Positions 1 through 7,740 of a stretch of 12,229 nt of DNA are shown here, in pieces. Made by a program: the position numbers and the translations under genes. The notes under the pieces were generated by a model. That model was not told the origin of the DNA. It worked only from the letters and a program-made list of their open reading frames with translations, and searched no databases. This DNA comes from a virus (Duplodnaviria > Heunggongvirae > Uroviricota > Caudoviricetes). Location of the stretch: IMG/VR virus record IMGVR_UViG_3300020050_013619, positions 64,001 to 76,229 of that record; one strand, 5' to 3'. Each line of letters starts with the position of its first letter. Position 1 is the first letter of the stretch.

Positions 1-867
1 TTGGGATTTATCAAAATGAGACTAAAGGGAATGCCTGCAAAAAAGCATTTTAAGGTAGATGATGAGTGCGAGTTAAACATAATGAAAGCAATGCAAGAGT
101 GGGTTAGTGTTGATTTTACAGTTTCGACCAAAAGTAGAAACAAGAACAGCCCAAAAGTAGAAACAAGTTTCGACCAAAAGGACGAACATGTTTCGACCAT
201 AAGTACAAACATGTTTCGACCAAAGGGAGTGATATACAAGAAAGAAATAAAAGAAGAGAATACAAGAAATGAAGACAATACTTCTTCCCAAAAAATTTTG
301 ACAAATTTTTCGGATTCTGAAATTTTAGAAAAACCAGTCGCAGCCGAAAAAGAAAAAAAAGAAAAAAAAGTTGCGGCAAAAAAAGAAAAGAAAACACCTG
401 ACCCAGCAACCCGACCACACCTGCATGACGGATTCATCAAAATCTATGAGGAGATGCACGAGCAGTTGACAAAAACCAAAATACCCAACACAAAATGGAA
501 GCAGCAAGTCAGAGGTATTGAGGGGCTTAGAATTGCCATCATCGAATCGGCAGAAAATTTTAGAAAGGACAACAATCATGCAATGCCAACCGATGATGAG
601 ATTTTAAGCACATTTAGAAATTTTGTCCGAAAAGCATGGCTTGTTTCTGACGCATACAATCAAGGGCAGTTTTCGCCTAACCATCTGAACAATAATTTCA
701 TTTCATTCACCAACAAAATTCGTAATAACAACAATGGAAAAGCTAATAACAACCAATCCGACAAACTCACAGTTGAGCAACGCGAAACCCTCAACATGTA
801 TAAGCCCTCAAAGCCTGTCTTTACAAGCACAGACTTTACGCCAACAAATTTTGGCAATGTCGGATGA
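1..867 (+). CDS. Phage replication initiator-like protein, 5'-truncated (lambda O-type layout)
   Basis: Open from the window edge; the first residues (GFIKMRLKGMPAKKHFKVD) resemble the end of an initiator wHTH; internal iteron array followed by a Lys/Glu-rich linker, a C-terminal helical domain and an Asn-rich tail overlapping the next gene. Confidence 0.65.
   Translation: MGFIKMRLKGMPAKKHFKVDDECELNIMKAMQEWVSVDFTVSTKSRNKNSPKVETSFDQKDEHVSTISTNMFRPKGVIYKKEIKEENTRNEDNTSSQKILTNFSDSEILEKPVAAEKEKKEKKVAAKKEKKTPDPATRPHLHDGFIKIYEEMHEQLTKTKIPNTKWKQQVRGIEGLRIAIIESAENFRKDNNHAMPTDDEILSTFRNFVRKAWLVSDAYNQGQFSPNHLNNNFISFTNKIRNNNNGKANNNQSDKLTVEQRETLNMYKPSKPVFTSTDFTPTNFGNVG
121..226 (+). repeat. Iteron array (23-bp period), probable replication origin
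   Basis: GTTTCGACCA at 121, 167, 190 and 213, plus a degenerate unit at 144; consensus about GTTTCGACCAAAAGTAGAAACAW; dyad AAACATGTTT at 207-216; followed by an A-rich tract (about 230-395). Confidence 0.8.
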
Positions 868-2104
868 TGTGACCATTCACAAGTTGTCACAAGAGCAATT
901 TCTACGGAGTGGGTCAAAACTTTTGAGTGATCCGCGATTGGGCAATGTTCGCACTGACTACGATTCGATTTTCTCGCTCGTTGGTGATATTTGCCTCAGT
1001 GGTACATCAGTCCAGCAAATGGCTGTATCCGATGCCTTTGGACTTGATGCAGTTATATCAATGCCTGAATTGAAGCGTTATGCCACAACAAACGAGCGTG
1101 TTTCAAACATTATCAAATGGCTTGAAGTGCATCTGATTGACTTAGCCGCTTTTTTTGGCACAAAAGCATCTGGCGCAATGTCAGAGTTTGCTTGGCAATT
1201 GTACTCTGATTACGGTGGTTTAACCATTCTGGATTTCGTCAAATTCTTTGCAATGTGCAAAAAACGCACATTTGTGTCCGAATTTGAGCATGTCCAAACG
1301 CAGGGTATTAATCCTGACCTTATTCAAAAATGGTTGGAAAAATACTGCGACAAGCGCGAAGACGTGATTCAAGGCTTGCAATCCGATGTCAATACCTATA
1401 AGGTTTTTGATATTGAGAAAGCCGATAGAAACACTGCTGAACATGATGAGTTCAAGGCTTTACAGGCAAAAGCCGTTGCTATGCGCAAGGCTTACGAGGC
1501 TAAGTATGTCGAAAGCTATATGAGGCTGGTTAATTTGGACGGTCAGGAATTTCAAATACGCGATACTCGCCCAACATCGGACGCTGCGGCAAGAATGCTG
1601 CTTAATTTCCTCATTAATTTTGTCACATTTGACGAAGATGAGGCAATGAGATTGATTCGCCAAATTGGAGAACGCCTTGAAGTAGAATTCAATAATCTTT
1701 TGCCGCAGGAAAAAGCATATTTTGAACAGCAAGGCATTACGCTTGCCGTTCACAAACAGCAAGAAGCTACAAAGACAGTTGCCATGTTTATGCGCCGTTT
1801 GCGCAAAATGGGACCCATTGCGCTGTTGTCAAATGCCATGCAAGATAAATTCAATAGAAACCCTATTGAATTTACAAAGTCACTTGGTTTTACTGCGCAC
1901 GATGGCAAATATCCAACACAGTGCCGCCAATTGGCTAAATCGCTTGAAAAGTCTTTTTCGATTGATTACATTGGCTATTTGCGTGTAGCTGTTGGACAGC
2001 CGTTGCCACCACTTGATATGCCTGACTACCTCATTCAAAGAGCCTTGCACTTTTTAACAATCAAAGGCTTTGAAACGCCCGTAGATGAATTAAAAAATAT
2101 TTGA
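734..2104 (+). CDS. Hypothetical protein downstream of the initiator, possibly a helicase-loader/replication partner (alternative start ATG 857)
   Basis: 456-aa ORF in the position of lambda P/DnaC-type genes; the segment AWQLYSDYGGLTILDFVKFFAMCK...INPDLIQKWLEKYCDKR resembles small conserved Bacteroidota phage proteins found after initiators (DUF6633-like, from memory). No Walker A motif is visible. Confidence 0.5.
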   Translation: MEKLITTNPTNSQLSNAKPSTCISPQSLSLQAQTLRQQILAMSDDVTIHKLSQEQFLRSGSKLLSDPRLGNVRTDYDSIFSLVGDICLSGTSVQQMAVSDAFGLDAVISMPELKRYATTNERVSNIIKWLEVHLIDLAAFFGTKASGAMSEFAWQLYSDYGGLTILDFVKFFAMCKKRTFVSEFEHVQTQGINPDLIQKWLEKYCDKREDVIQGLQSDVNTYKVFDIEKADRNTAEHDEFKALQAKAVAMRKAYEAKYVESYMRLVNLDGQEFQIRDTRPTSDAAARMLLNFLINFVTFDEDEAMRLIRQIGERLEVEFNNLLPQEKAYFEQQGITLAVHKQQEATKTVAMFMRRLRKMGPIALLSNAMQDKFNRNPIEFTKSLGFTAHDGKYPTQCRQLAKSLEKSFSIDYIGYLRVAVGQPLPPLDMPDYLIQRALHFLTIKGFETPVDELKNI

Positions 2105-2127
2105 TTTATTTTCTATCAACTATTTTT

Positions 2128-2170
2128 TTATTTAATAATTTCTGTTAATTTTGTGACAGAAATTAAATAA
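2128..2170 (+). promoter_or_regulatory. Bacteroidota-type -7 element (TAATTTTG, 2146-2153) inside an inverted repeat
   Basis: Exact TAnnTTTG match lying between the arms AATTTCTGT (2137-2145) and ACAGAAATT (2156-2164), with outer arms TTATTT/AAATAA; about 40 nt upstream of ATG 2193. No clear -33 TTTG. Confidence 0.4.
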
Positions 2171-2192
2171 TTAAAGTTCAACGGAATATCGA

Positions 2193-2681
2193 ATGTCAAG
2201 TAATCAAACAAGTACACAAGCTACTCTTTCAATTGGTATTGACCCCGACACAGTCAAATCGGGCGTAGCTGTTTGGAATGGCAAAGAGTTCATTGATTTG
2301 ATGGCATTGGATTTTTGGAGCACCATACAATGGTTGCTTGATAATCGGCAAAATATCCGATTGGTTAAGGTTGAGGGTGGCTGGTTGAATGAATCTAACT
2401 GGCATCTAACTTATAGAAATGCTAAAACAGGCAAAATAGAGACCGCAGGTCCTGAAAAAGCCGCTTCAATGGGTGTTGACTTAGGGCGAAACCAGCAGAC
2501 AGGACTTTTATTGGTCGAGTTTCTTGAAAAATTCAATTTCCCTTTTCAAGTTGTTAGACCCCTCAGTAATAACTGGTGGGCAGAGGATAAGCAAAGGAAA
2601 TTCAATAAAATTACAGGTTGGACTAAGCGAAGCAATCCCGAAAAGCGAGATGCCGCGATGCTGGTTTTTGGAATGAAGTAA
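2193..2681 (+). CDS. Phage RuvC-like Holliday junction resolvase
   Basis: N-terminal IGIDPD..SGVAVW (RNase H strand 1 Asp), central VKVE and C-terminal RDAAML match the RuvC-type acidic catalytic pattern; 162 aa. Confidence 0.65.
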   Translation: MSSNQTSTQATLSIGIDPDTVKSGVAVWNGKEFIDLMALDFWSTIQWLLDNRQNIRLVKVEGGWLNESNWHLTYRNAKTGKIETAGPEKAASMGVDLGRNQQTGLLLVEFLEKFNFPFQVVRPLSNNWWAEDKQRKFNKITGWTKRSNPEKRDAAMLVFGMK

Positions 2682-2729
2682 TTCTATCTTTTTTTAAAAA
2701 TATCTTAAATATCTTAAAAATTTCTGACA

Positions 2730-3038
2730 ATGAAAAAAAGTAAAGTCAATAACGATGCCGTAAAGAAAGCGGTGCTTGCGTTTCGTGCAGTCAACCACAA
2801 GCTCCGTCAACAAATCATTGATGTATTACAAGAAGCAGAGGCAAACAATCAAAAAATCACTGTGACCGATTTGTATATCAAATTGCGCCTTGAGCAATCC
2901 GTTGCCTCACAACATCTGGCTATTCTGCGCCGTGCAAAAGTTGTTACAACTGAGCGAAGCGGCAAATTTATCCACTATCGTGTGGATACGGAACGCATTG
3001 ATGCCATCAATGAGGCGGCTGAAAAATTGGTCGGCTAA
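2730..3038 (+). CDS. ArsR/SmtB-family winged-helix transcriptional regulator
   Basis: FRAVNHKLRQQII...TVTDLYIKLRLEQSVASQHLAILRRAKVVTTERSGKFIHYRV is the canonical ArsR HTH plus wing (SQHL..L...G....Y). Confidence 0.9.
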   Translation: MKKSKVNNDAVKKAVLAFRAVNHKLRQQIIDVLQEAEANNQKITVTDLYIKLRLEQSVASQHLAILRRAKVVTTERSGKFIHYRVDTERIDAINEAAEKLVG

Positions 3039-3431
3039 ATGATTTGGGGCTATGTCTATGTCATGCGTGGGGTAACACTGCGCTCCAAAATTGGCATAAC
3101 AAAATACCCTTACGCTCGGCAACGAAACGTGGACAAAACAACCAGAGGCGATATACGCATAGTCGTTTGCTATCGGTTTGTTTTCCCACGTTTTGTTGAG
3201 GGGTTACTACACACTGTATTTTCGGCTTTTCGAACACGTGTCAATGGGAGTGGAGGTACGGAATATTTTTGGTTGCCGTATCCAATTACAGCATTTATAC
3301 TAACCTTAACTTGGTTTATTTCGCTACTCCTATCTATTTTATCCGTGTTTTTTTGCATTATCTTATACCAAAGCAATGGTAGTATAGATAATGCCTTAGA
3401 AAAAATATTAGAGATTATTAATAATTTATAA
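3039..3431 (+). CDS. T5orf172/GIY-YIG-like domain protein with a C-terminal transmembrane segment
   Basis: GYVYV..KIGIT...R...VEGLLH..F...R....GGTEYF matches the T5orf172/MUG113 pattern; then hydrophobic ITAFILTLTWFISLLLSILSVFFCIILY. ATG immediately follows the ArsR stop codon. Confidence 0.65.
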   Translation: MIWGYVYVMRGVTLRSKIGITKYPYARQRNVDKTTRGDIRIVVCYRFVFPRFVEGLLHTVFSAFRTRVNGSGGTEYFWLPYPITAFILTLTWFISLLLSILSVFFCIILYQSNGSIDNALEKILEIINNL

Positions 3432-3436
3432 AACAA

Positions 3437-5989
3437 ATGCAACTTCGCCCATATCAACTGTTAGCTATTGGTCAAACCTTGAGTAAGTTGGCAACGGATG
3501 ATTCTGTGATGCTGCAACTCCCAACAGGTGGAGGCAAATGTCTTGCGAAAGGAACGCCCATCTTAATGTTTGATGGTACTATTAAAAACGTTGAGGATAT
3601 TATCATCGGTGATTTATTAATGGGTCCAGATAGTAAGCATAGAGTCGTAAAATCAGTTTGCACTGGCAGAGAAATGATGTATGAAGTTAAGCCAGCAAAA
3701 GGCGATACTTACGTTGTCAATGAAAGCCATATTCTTAGTTTGCGTTTAACTGGCAATAAGTGTAAGACTTACTGTAATGGAAAAGGGTACAACTCGGGCG
3801 ATATAGCCAATGTTTCAATTAAAGAATATTTGAATTCAAGTAAAACCTTTAAGCATTGTGCTAAAGGTTGGCGTACTGGCGTAGATTTTCCTAAGAACGA
3901 TAATACGCTACCTTTTGAGCCTTATTTTTTAGGCGTATGGCTCGGTGACGGATTTGGAAAGTGCGGGTCTTTCACAACTGGCGACCAAGAAATAAAAGAC
4001 TATTTGATAGAATATGCAAGTAGGAATGACTTGTCAGTAAGAGAAGAATATAACAGCGAAAATTCTATAAATCTGCATCTTATTGATAATGTTTGTCGAT
4101 TTAATAAAGGGTGTACCATAAATAATTTATTGAAGGAGCATCGTTTGTATAAAAACAAGCATATCCCACTTCTATATAAAACTGCTTCAAAAGAAGATAG
4201 ATTACAATTATTAGCGGGCATATTAGATACTGATGGGTATTATGACGCAAAGTGCTATGGCTTGACTTTTAAAAGTGAAAGACTACTTGATGATACAATT
4301 TTCATTGCTCGGTCATTGGGGTTTGCTGCTTACAAAAAACAGGTCAGAAAAATGTGTCACAACAACATGGTTGAAGGCACTTATTTTTCTTGTTGCATTT
4401 CAGGTGATATTGATAAAATACCTTGTAAAGTAGCACGAAATAAAGCCAATCCAAGAAAACAGAAAAAGAACGTTTTGAATGTTGGAATATCCGTCACACC
4501 TGTTGGTGTCGGTGACTATTTTGGTTTTGAATTAGAGGGTGCTGATAGGCTGTTTTTATTAGGTGATTTTACAGTTACGCACAATACGGTCATAATGGGC
4601 GAAATTGTACGCCGTTGTGTACTTAAAAACTATCCTGTCCTTATTCTTGCCCACCGAGAGGAACTTTTAACCCAGCCGCAAGACAAGTTTTTTCACCAAT
4701 TTGGTATTTACAGTGGCATCATTCAAGGGGGGCGACCAAAGCAATTGAGTTTGCCTGTTCAGATTGCATCAGTAGCCACATTTGTTGGCATGGTGCGAAA
4801 GGGATTTCAAAAGCAGTTCAAAGTCATCATTGTTGATGAGGCGCATCACTGCGAGGCGGAAACCTACATCGAAATCATAGAAGCTTATCCAGGTGCAAAG
4901 CTCATCGGATTGACCGCCACGCCTTACCGTCTTGACGGTACAGGTTTTACCGAGCGTTTTAAATCACTTGTCCAAGTGATAACAGTCAAGGAGTTGGAAT
5001 CGCAAGGCTTTTTGATTCCAGCCGATATGTTTGTCAATAAGATGGACACATCGGGTCTGAAAGTCAAAAAAGGTGAGTACGATGCGGCACAAGTCGGTGC
5101 CATGTTGTCGGAATACCAAGTGTTGGCAGACATGGTACAATCGTGGCGTGACCATGCCAACGGCAAAAAGACGATTTGTTTTGCGTCAACCATTGAGCAA
5201 TCAAACCTGATTGTTGAATACTTCAATACCTGCGGTATACCATCTGCACACGTTGATGGTTCATCAAAAAACCGTGAACAGATTTTCAAGGATTTAAAAA
5301 GCGGAAAAATACTGATGGTATCCAACGTCGGCATTGCTACTGAGGGGTTCGATGAACCATCGGTGGAATGCGTGATGCTGCTGCGCAAAACAAAATCCTT
5401 ATCGCTGTATTTGCAAATGGTGGGTCGTGGTTCTCGTCCATTCACCAATAAAACAACAGGTGTCAAAAAAGAAGTTTACACGCTCTTGGACTTTGCGGAC
5501 AATTGGGTGGAACATGGACTACCCAATGACGAGATTGACTGGGAAGCCTACTTCAAGGGCAGTGACAAAAAGAAAAAGAAGAAAAAAGACAAAGAGGAAG
5601 ATGAAGATGGTAAACAGTATGTGTTAAAACTTGATGATGGCAAAGAAGTGACGGTTAAACTATCCGACATGCCTAAAGATATCCGAGGTGTTTCGCTGGT
5701 TCGTATCATCAAAGCGGACAGAAAAACCATTAAGACCAAAGAGCAAAAAATATTTGATAGTGTTTTTAATACAACCATCAGGTTAAAACACAAGCCGTAT
5801 GCCGCCTTTTATCGTTGGCGTGAACGCATGATGAGCGATGAAAGAGAGCCTACTATTGAAGATTTCTTTTACGTTGCACAAATGCTCAATCTGTACAAGT
5901 ATTGGGCATACGACCAAAAGGATTTGTACGATAAAGAATTAAAAAGCAAAACAGACATTCAAAATCAAGTCGCAGAGCAAGCGGCTTAA
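3437..5989 (+). CDS. SF2 DEAD/DEAH-type helicase (RadD/UvsW-like) precursor containing an intein
   Basis: Q motif LRPYQ; Walker A PTGGGK|T split by the intein; Ia LAHREEL; II DEAHH; III TATP; IV ICFASTIEQS; V NVGIATEGFD; VI QMVGRGSR. Spliced product would be 501 aa. Confidence 0.92.
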   Translation: MQLRPYQLLAIGQTLSKLATDDSVMLQLPTGGGKCLAKGTPILMFDGTIKNVEDIIIGDLLMGPDSKHRVVKSVCTGREMMYEVKPAKGDTYVVNESHILSLRLTGNKCKTYCNGKGYNSGDIANVSIKEYLNSSKTFKHCAKGWRTGVDFPKNDNTLPFEPYFLGVWLGDGFGKCGSFTTGDQEIKDYLIEYASRNDLSVREEYNSENSINLHLIDNVCRFNKGCTINNLLKEHRLYKNKHIPLLYKTASKEDRLQLLAGILDTDGYYDAKCYGLTFKSERLLDDTIFIARSLGFAAYKKQVRKMCHNNMVEGTYFSCCISGDIDKIPCKVARNKANPRKQKKNVLNVGISVTPVGVGDYFGFELEGADRLFLLGDFTVTHNTVIMGEIVRRCVLKNYPVLILAHREELLTQPQDKFFHQFGIYSGIIQGGRPKQLSLPVQIASVATFVGMVRKGFQKQFKVIIVDEAHHCEAETYIEIIEAYPGAKLIGLTATPYRLDGTGFTERFKSLVQVITVKELESQGFLIPADMFVNKMDTSGLKVKKGEYDAAQVGAMLSEYQVLADMVQSWRDHANGKKTICFASTIEQSNLIVEYFNTCGIPSAHVDGSSKNREQIFKDLKSGKILMVSNVGIATEGFDEPSVECVMLLRKTKSLSLYLQMVGRGSRPFTNKTTGVKKEVYTLLDFADNWVEHGLPNDEIDWEAYFKGSDKKKKKKKDKEEDEDGKQYVLKLDDGKEVTVKLSDMPKDIRGVSLVRIIKADRKTIKTKEQKIFDSVFNTTIRLKHKPYAAFYRWRERMMSDEREPTIEDFFYVAQMLNLYKYWAYDQKDLYDKELKSKTDIQNQVAEQAA
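3539..4585 (+). mobile_element. Intein (349 aa) with a LAGLIDADG homing endonuclease
   Basis: Starts CLAKGT (Cys1, TGT at 3539); block B VVNESHILSL; endonuclease blocks YFLGVWLGDG and LLAGILDTDG; block F YFGFEL...LFLL; ends VTHN, followed by Thr(+1) at 4586. Lower GC than the extein (hand count 34/120 at 4081-4200 versus 61/120 at 5041-5160). Confidence 0.95.
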
Positions 5990-6011
5990 TAAATTAAATA
6001 CTAATATAAAC

Positions 6012-6446
6012 ATGATTATAAAAAATAAAATATTGGGCATTGACTCAAATGATGTACTGAAATGCAGTGACAAAACACAGCTTGTTGCATGGATGGATGC
6101 CATTGATTTGCAATTGGCAGGATTGAAAACGGTAAGAGACAGACTAAAAAGAGGTGTTGCCCAAACAGGTGACTATCAAGAAAGTTTCGAAACTTACTCG
6201 AAAAGAGAAGCCGTGATAAAATATCAAGGTCTTTTGATTCGCCAAATCCAACGGCGGTTGGGTGATATTCGAGATAATAAAAGCAAAACACGTTCACATA
6301 CGTATGAACGGCATTTTATGCTTGCCTGCAAGCGTCGGTTGAGTGATGATTTATTTTTATCGCTTTGCGATGAAGCACATGAAATGGCTAATCAAGAGGA
6401 AAATCAAGATGCTAATCGGGAGAACTTGGAGCAAATTAGCTGGTAA
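6012..6446 (+). CDS. Hypothetical protein (144 aa, helical/coiled-coil character)
   Basis: Fills the gap after the helicase on the same strand; A-rich leader; no recognisable motif. Confidence 0.7.
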   Translation: MIIKNKILGIDSNDVLKCSDKTQLVAWMDAIDLQLAGLKTVRDRLKRGVAQTGDYQESFETYSKREAVIKYQGLLIRQIQRRLGDIRDNKSKTRSHTYERHFMLACKRRLSDDLFLSLCDEAHEMANQEENQDANRENLEQISW

Positions 6447-6485
6447 TTAATAATCAATAATCAATTTTAAAATAAAGTCAAAGCA

Positions 6486-6722
6486 ATGAGCAATAGAACA
6501 TCAGTGATTCAAGAAATTAAGCGCGAGCAAACGATGCGCCGTAAAGTTTGGAAAATGTCTGGAGGGTTCTTCACCAATATCAAAGAGCGAACGCAGTATG
6601 ATAATTTGCAGATGGCGCATGATGTCCTGTCGGTTATGACGGATGGTGAGTTTGAGCGATACAAACAGTTGGTGGCTCGGAAGCAGAGTGCGGAAAATCA
6701 TAACGATAAAAAACTTTTTTGA
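6486..6722 (+). CDS. Hypothetical protein (78 aa)
   Basis: A-rich leader; TGA directly abuts the ATG of the next gene (6723). Confidence 0.7.
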   Translation: MSNRTSVIQEIKREQTMRRKVWKMSGGFFTNIKERTQYDNLQMAHDVLSVMTDGEFERYKQLVARKQSAENHNDKKLF

Positions 6723-7445
6723 ATGCCATTGTCCATTATTGAAAATATAGACTGTATGTTGGGTATGAAAAAGTACCCATTCAAATACTTTGATTGGATC
6801 ATTGCTGACATTCCATACGGTTTAAACGTTGCAAAAATGGCATATACACAGGAGGTAAAAAATACGGTAAAGCAAAAGAACGGAAACCGATTGAAGATAC
6901 CAAAAGAAAAATATGCTCAGAAAAATTGGGATGCCGAAGTACCAAGTCAAGCCTATTTTGATGAAATTAGGCGTATCTCATATAACCAAATAATCTTTGG
7001 AGTTGAATACGTTGATTGGGAAGGATTGGGTAGTGGTCGTATAAAGTGGGATAAATGCGTACCTGATAAACTATCATTCAAAGGTTATGAAATGGCTTAT
7101 TGTAGTGCCATTGAGCATACTGAAGAGATAAAGCTATTATGGTCAGGTATGAGACAGGCTAAAAGTATTTATGAGCCAACTATTCAACAAGGCAATAAGA
7201 GGCTGAACGAAAAGCGCATACACCCGACACAAAAACCTAAATTGTTGTACGAATTGATTTTTAAAAGATTTTGTAAAACGGGTGATAGAATACTTGACAC
7301 GCATTTAGGTAGTGGTAATAGTCGCATTGTTGCTTATAAAATGGGCTTTGATTTTGTCGGTCTTGAAATTGATAAGGATTATTTTGATGCAAGTGAAAAG
7401 CTGTTTAATGATTCGATTTCAATGCCACTGTTTGATAAAAGATGA
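6723..7445 (+). CDS. Orphan beta-class N6A/N4C DNA methyltransferase 1
   Basis: Motif IV variant IIADIPYG, HPTQKP, motif I variant ILDTHLGSG, and GLEIDKDYF; catalytic motif precedes the SAM-binding motif (beta order). Confidence 0.88.
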   Translation: MPLSIIENIDCMLGMKKYPFKYFDWIIADIPYGLNVAKMAYTQEVKNTVKQKNGNRLKIPKEKYAQKNWDAEVPSQAYFDEIRRISYNQIIFGVEYVDWEGLGSGRIKWDKCVPDKLSFKGYEMAYCSAIEHTEEIKLLWSGMRQAKSIYEPTIQQGNKRLNEKRIHPTQKPKLLYELIFKRFCKTGDRILDTHLGSGNSRIVAYKMGFDFVGLEIDKDYFDASEKLFNDSISMPLFDKR

Positions 7446-7492
7446 TTGCCCCCTCAGTAAAAGTTATTTTTCACTTATTAAACTAATCAAAA

Positions 7493-7708
7493 ATGAGAGG
7501 TACAGAGCTAATAACAGATGAAGTGATTACAAAAACAACCGATACTTTAAAAACAGTCATCGCAGATTTTTTCCCGCAACAGTCAGGTTGGTTTTTCCCT
7601 CCCACTTCGGTCACTAAAGATGTGATAAAATTAGAATTGCCCGATGGTATTGGCACGGTGTCTATTATCGTGCAGTATTTAGAAGAAGATAATAAACCCC
7701 CTCAGTAA
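7493..7708 (+). CDS. Hypothetical protein (71 aa); the stop codon lies in a CCCCTCAGTAA motif
   Basis: A-rich leader AAACTAATCAAAA; ends ...KPPQ* encoded by CCC CCT CAG TAA. Confidence 0.6.
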   Translation: MRGTELITDEVITKTTDTLKTVIADFFPQQSGWFFPPTSVTKDVIKLELPDGIGTVSIIVQYLEEDNKPPQ

Positions 7709-7740
7709 AACATAATATCAAACTCAAATCAATAAAAAAA

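Noticed and set aside
121-226. Repeat array as a CRISPR or mini-CRISPR
   Set aside because: Units are tandem with a 23-bp period and no unique spacers, lie inside an ORF, and no cas genes are present; iterons fit better.
516-525. TATTGAGGGG as a tenth motif copy
   Set aside because: One mismatch; not counted among the perfect copies and could be chance.
73-917. Minus-strand ORFs 73-291, 116-418, 325-579 and 660-917
   Set aside because: Antisense shadows of the A-rich initiator gene, with Phe/Leu-rich low-complexity translations.
1220-1988. Short ORFs 1220-1444, 1460-1762, 1552-1737 (-) and 1722-1988 (+)
   Set aside because: Fully nested in the 456-aa ORF, with no motifs or leaders.
2694-2720. 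Tandem AATATCTTA x2 upstream of the ArsR gene as its operator
   Set aside because: Short, entirely AT-rich apart from one C, and a direct rather than inverted repeat; too weak to call.
2907-6701. Alternative-frame or antisense ORFs over the ArsR, T5orf172, helicase and hypothetical genes (for example 4924-5466, 5427-5627, 6016-6297)
   Set aside because: They overlap better-supported + strand genes and show no recognisable features.
7312-7521. 69-aa + strand ORF overlapping the MTase 1 3' end
   Set aside because: Out-of-frame overlap with two better ORFs and no A-rich leader.
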